64,000 bases of DNA, from positions 41,850,001-41,914,000 of the forward strand of contig NC_043007.1 of assembly GCF_006345805.1 (NCBI RefSeq). The letters are read 5' to 3'. The notes under the pieces are model-generated. The model was not told the DNA's origin and ran no database searches. It worked only from the letters and a program-made list of their open reading frames with translations. The translations under genes were made by a program, and so were the position numbers. The stretch is from Octopus sinensis (Eukaryota). This document shows positions 63,249 to 64,000 of the stretch, one piece after another; positions within the stretch are counted from its first letter, which is position 1, and every line of letters starts with the position of its first letter.

Positions 63249-64000
63249 CTCTGCTGTAGGCACAAAGCTATACTTGTTCATAGGTGATGGCTAGCTTTTC
63301 AACAATAGTTTAAATAAAACATTAATGGTATCAAACTCACAGATTTTGGAGAACCTGTAAAGTTCATGAACAAGGGTCCCTTCTCCAAACTCAAAATGCC
63401 AAAAGTAAAAAAATATTATTCTATGTGATTCAATTTAAAGAAAAAATTAATTAGTTATTTTATTAGAAAACTAGCTTTATCATCTTTAAATATAGTATTA
63501 TTTTTGTAGTGAAGGGTGTAAAAATTAATCAGATGTTTCCTAGAGATTCATGGCATAGAAAAGGTTCAGAATCACTACTTTCATTGGCTTATTTCAATAC
63601 CCTATTTTGGAAATAACATTTTGTATTCTAACATTATCCAAATATCTATAATTTTTCTTGGGTTTTTTGGTGGGATTTTTGGTGGTGGGAAAGATACTGT
63701 ACAAGCTGATTATTGCTTGGAGCTGAGCTGGGAGGTGAGAACAGGGATGGGACAGATGGGAATCTGGCATTGAATGATGTCACACATCAGCTAATAAAAG
63801 TGTCACAAAGGAAGGATAATTAATAGTGTCTTGCCTGCAGATGCTTCACTGTCACATCTTGCCTTTTTATTTTGTTACTTATAATTCTTATATATTTAGA
63901 CATACACACACAAGCATGCACGTGCACATGTGCACACACATACACACACACACACAAACACACACGCCATTATTGGTTGAATGTGAAAGAAAGAGAAATA

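Overview
AT-rich, microsatellite-saturated animal genomic DNA with one 100-N scaffold gap (15767-15866). The repeat landscape (tRNA-derived SINEs with internal microsatellites, Penelope-like elements, TAA-associated RLE LINEs) looks like an octopod cephalopod; this is inference, not confirmed. The only host gene I can support is a three-coding-exon globin on the + strand (29831-30000, 40437-40671, 52305-52583; 227 aa). Its first coding exon is missing from the ORF track. It has the ancestral B12.2 and G7.0 introns, an MGCGLS dual-acylation N-terminus with a polybasic patch, TyrB10/HisE7/HisF8 and an acidic C-terminal tail. The rest is mobile DNA: Penelope-like elements, R4/Dong-type, CR1 and RTE LINE remnants, Helitrons, pogo-, piggyBac- and Tc1-type MITEs, and many SINEs. 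The main unannotated signal is more than 15 hammerhead-ribozyme motifs from at least six sequence families. Many sit in foldback hairpins or short ORF-less repeats docked in (TA)n tracts, and several carry non-canonical core variants (C4, single-nucleotide insertions). All ribozyme calls come from reading and base-pairing by eye; none has been computed or tested.
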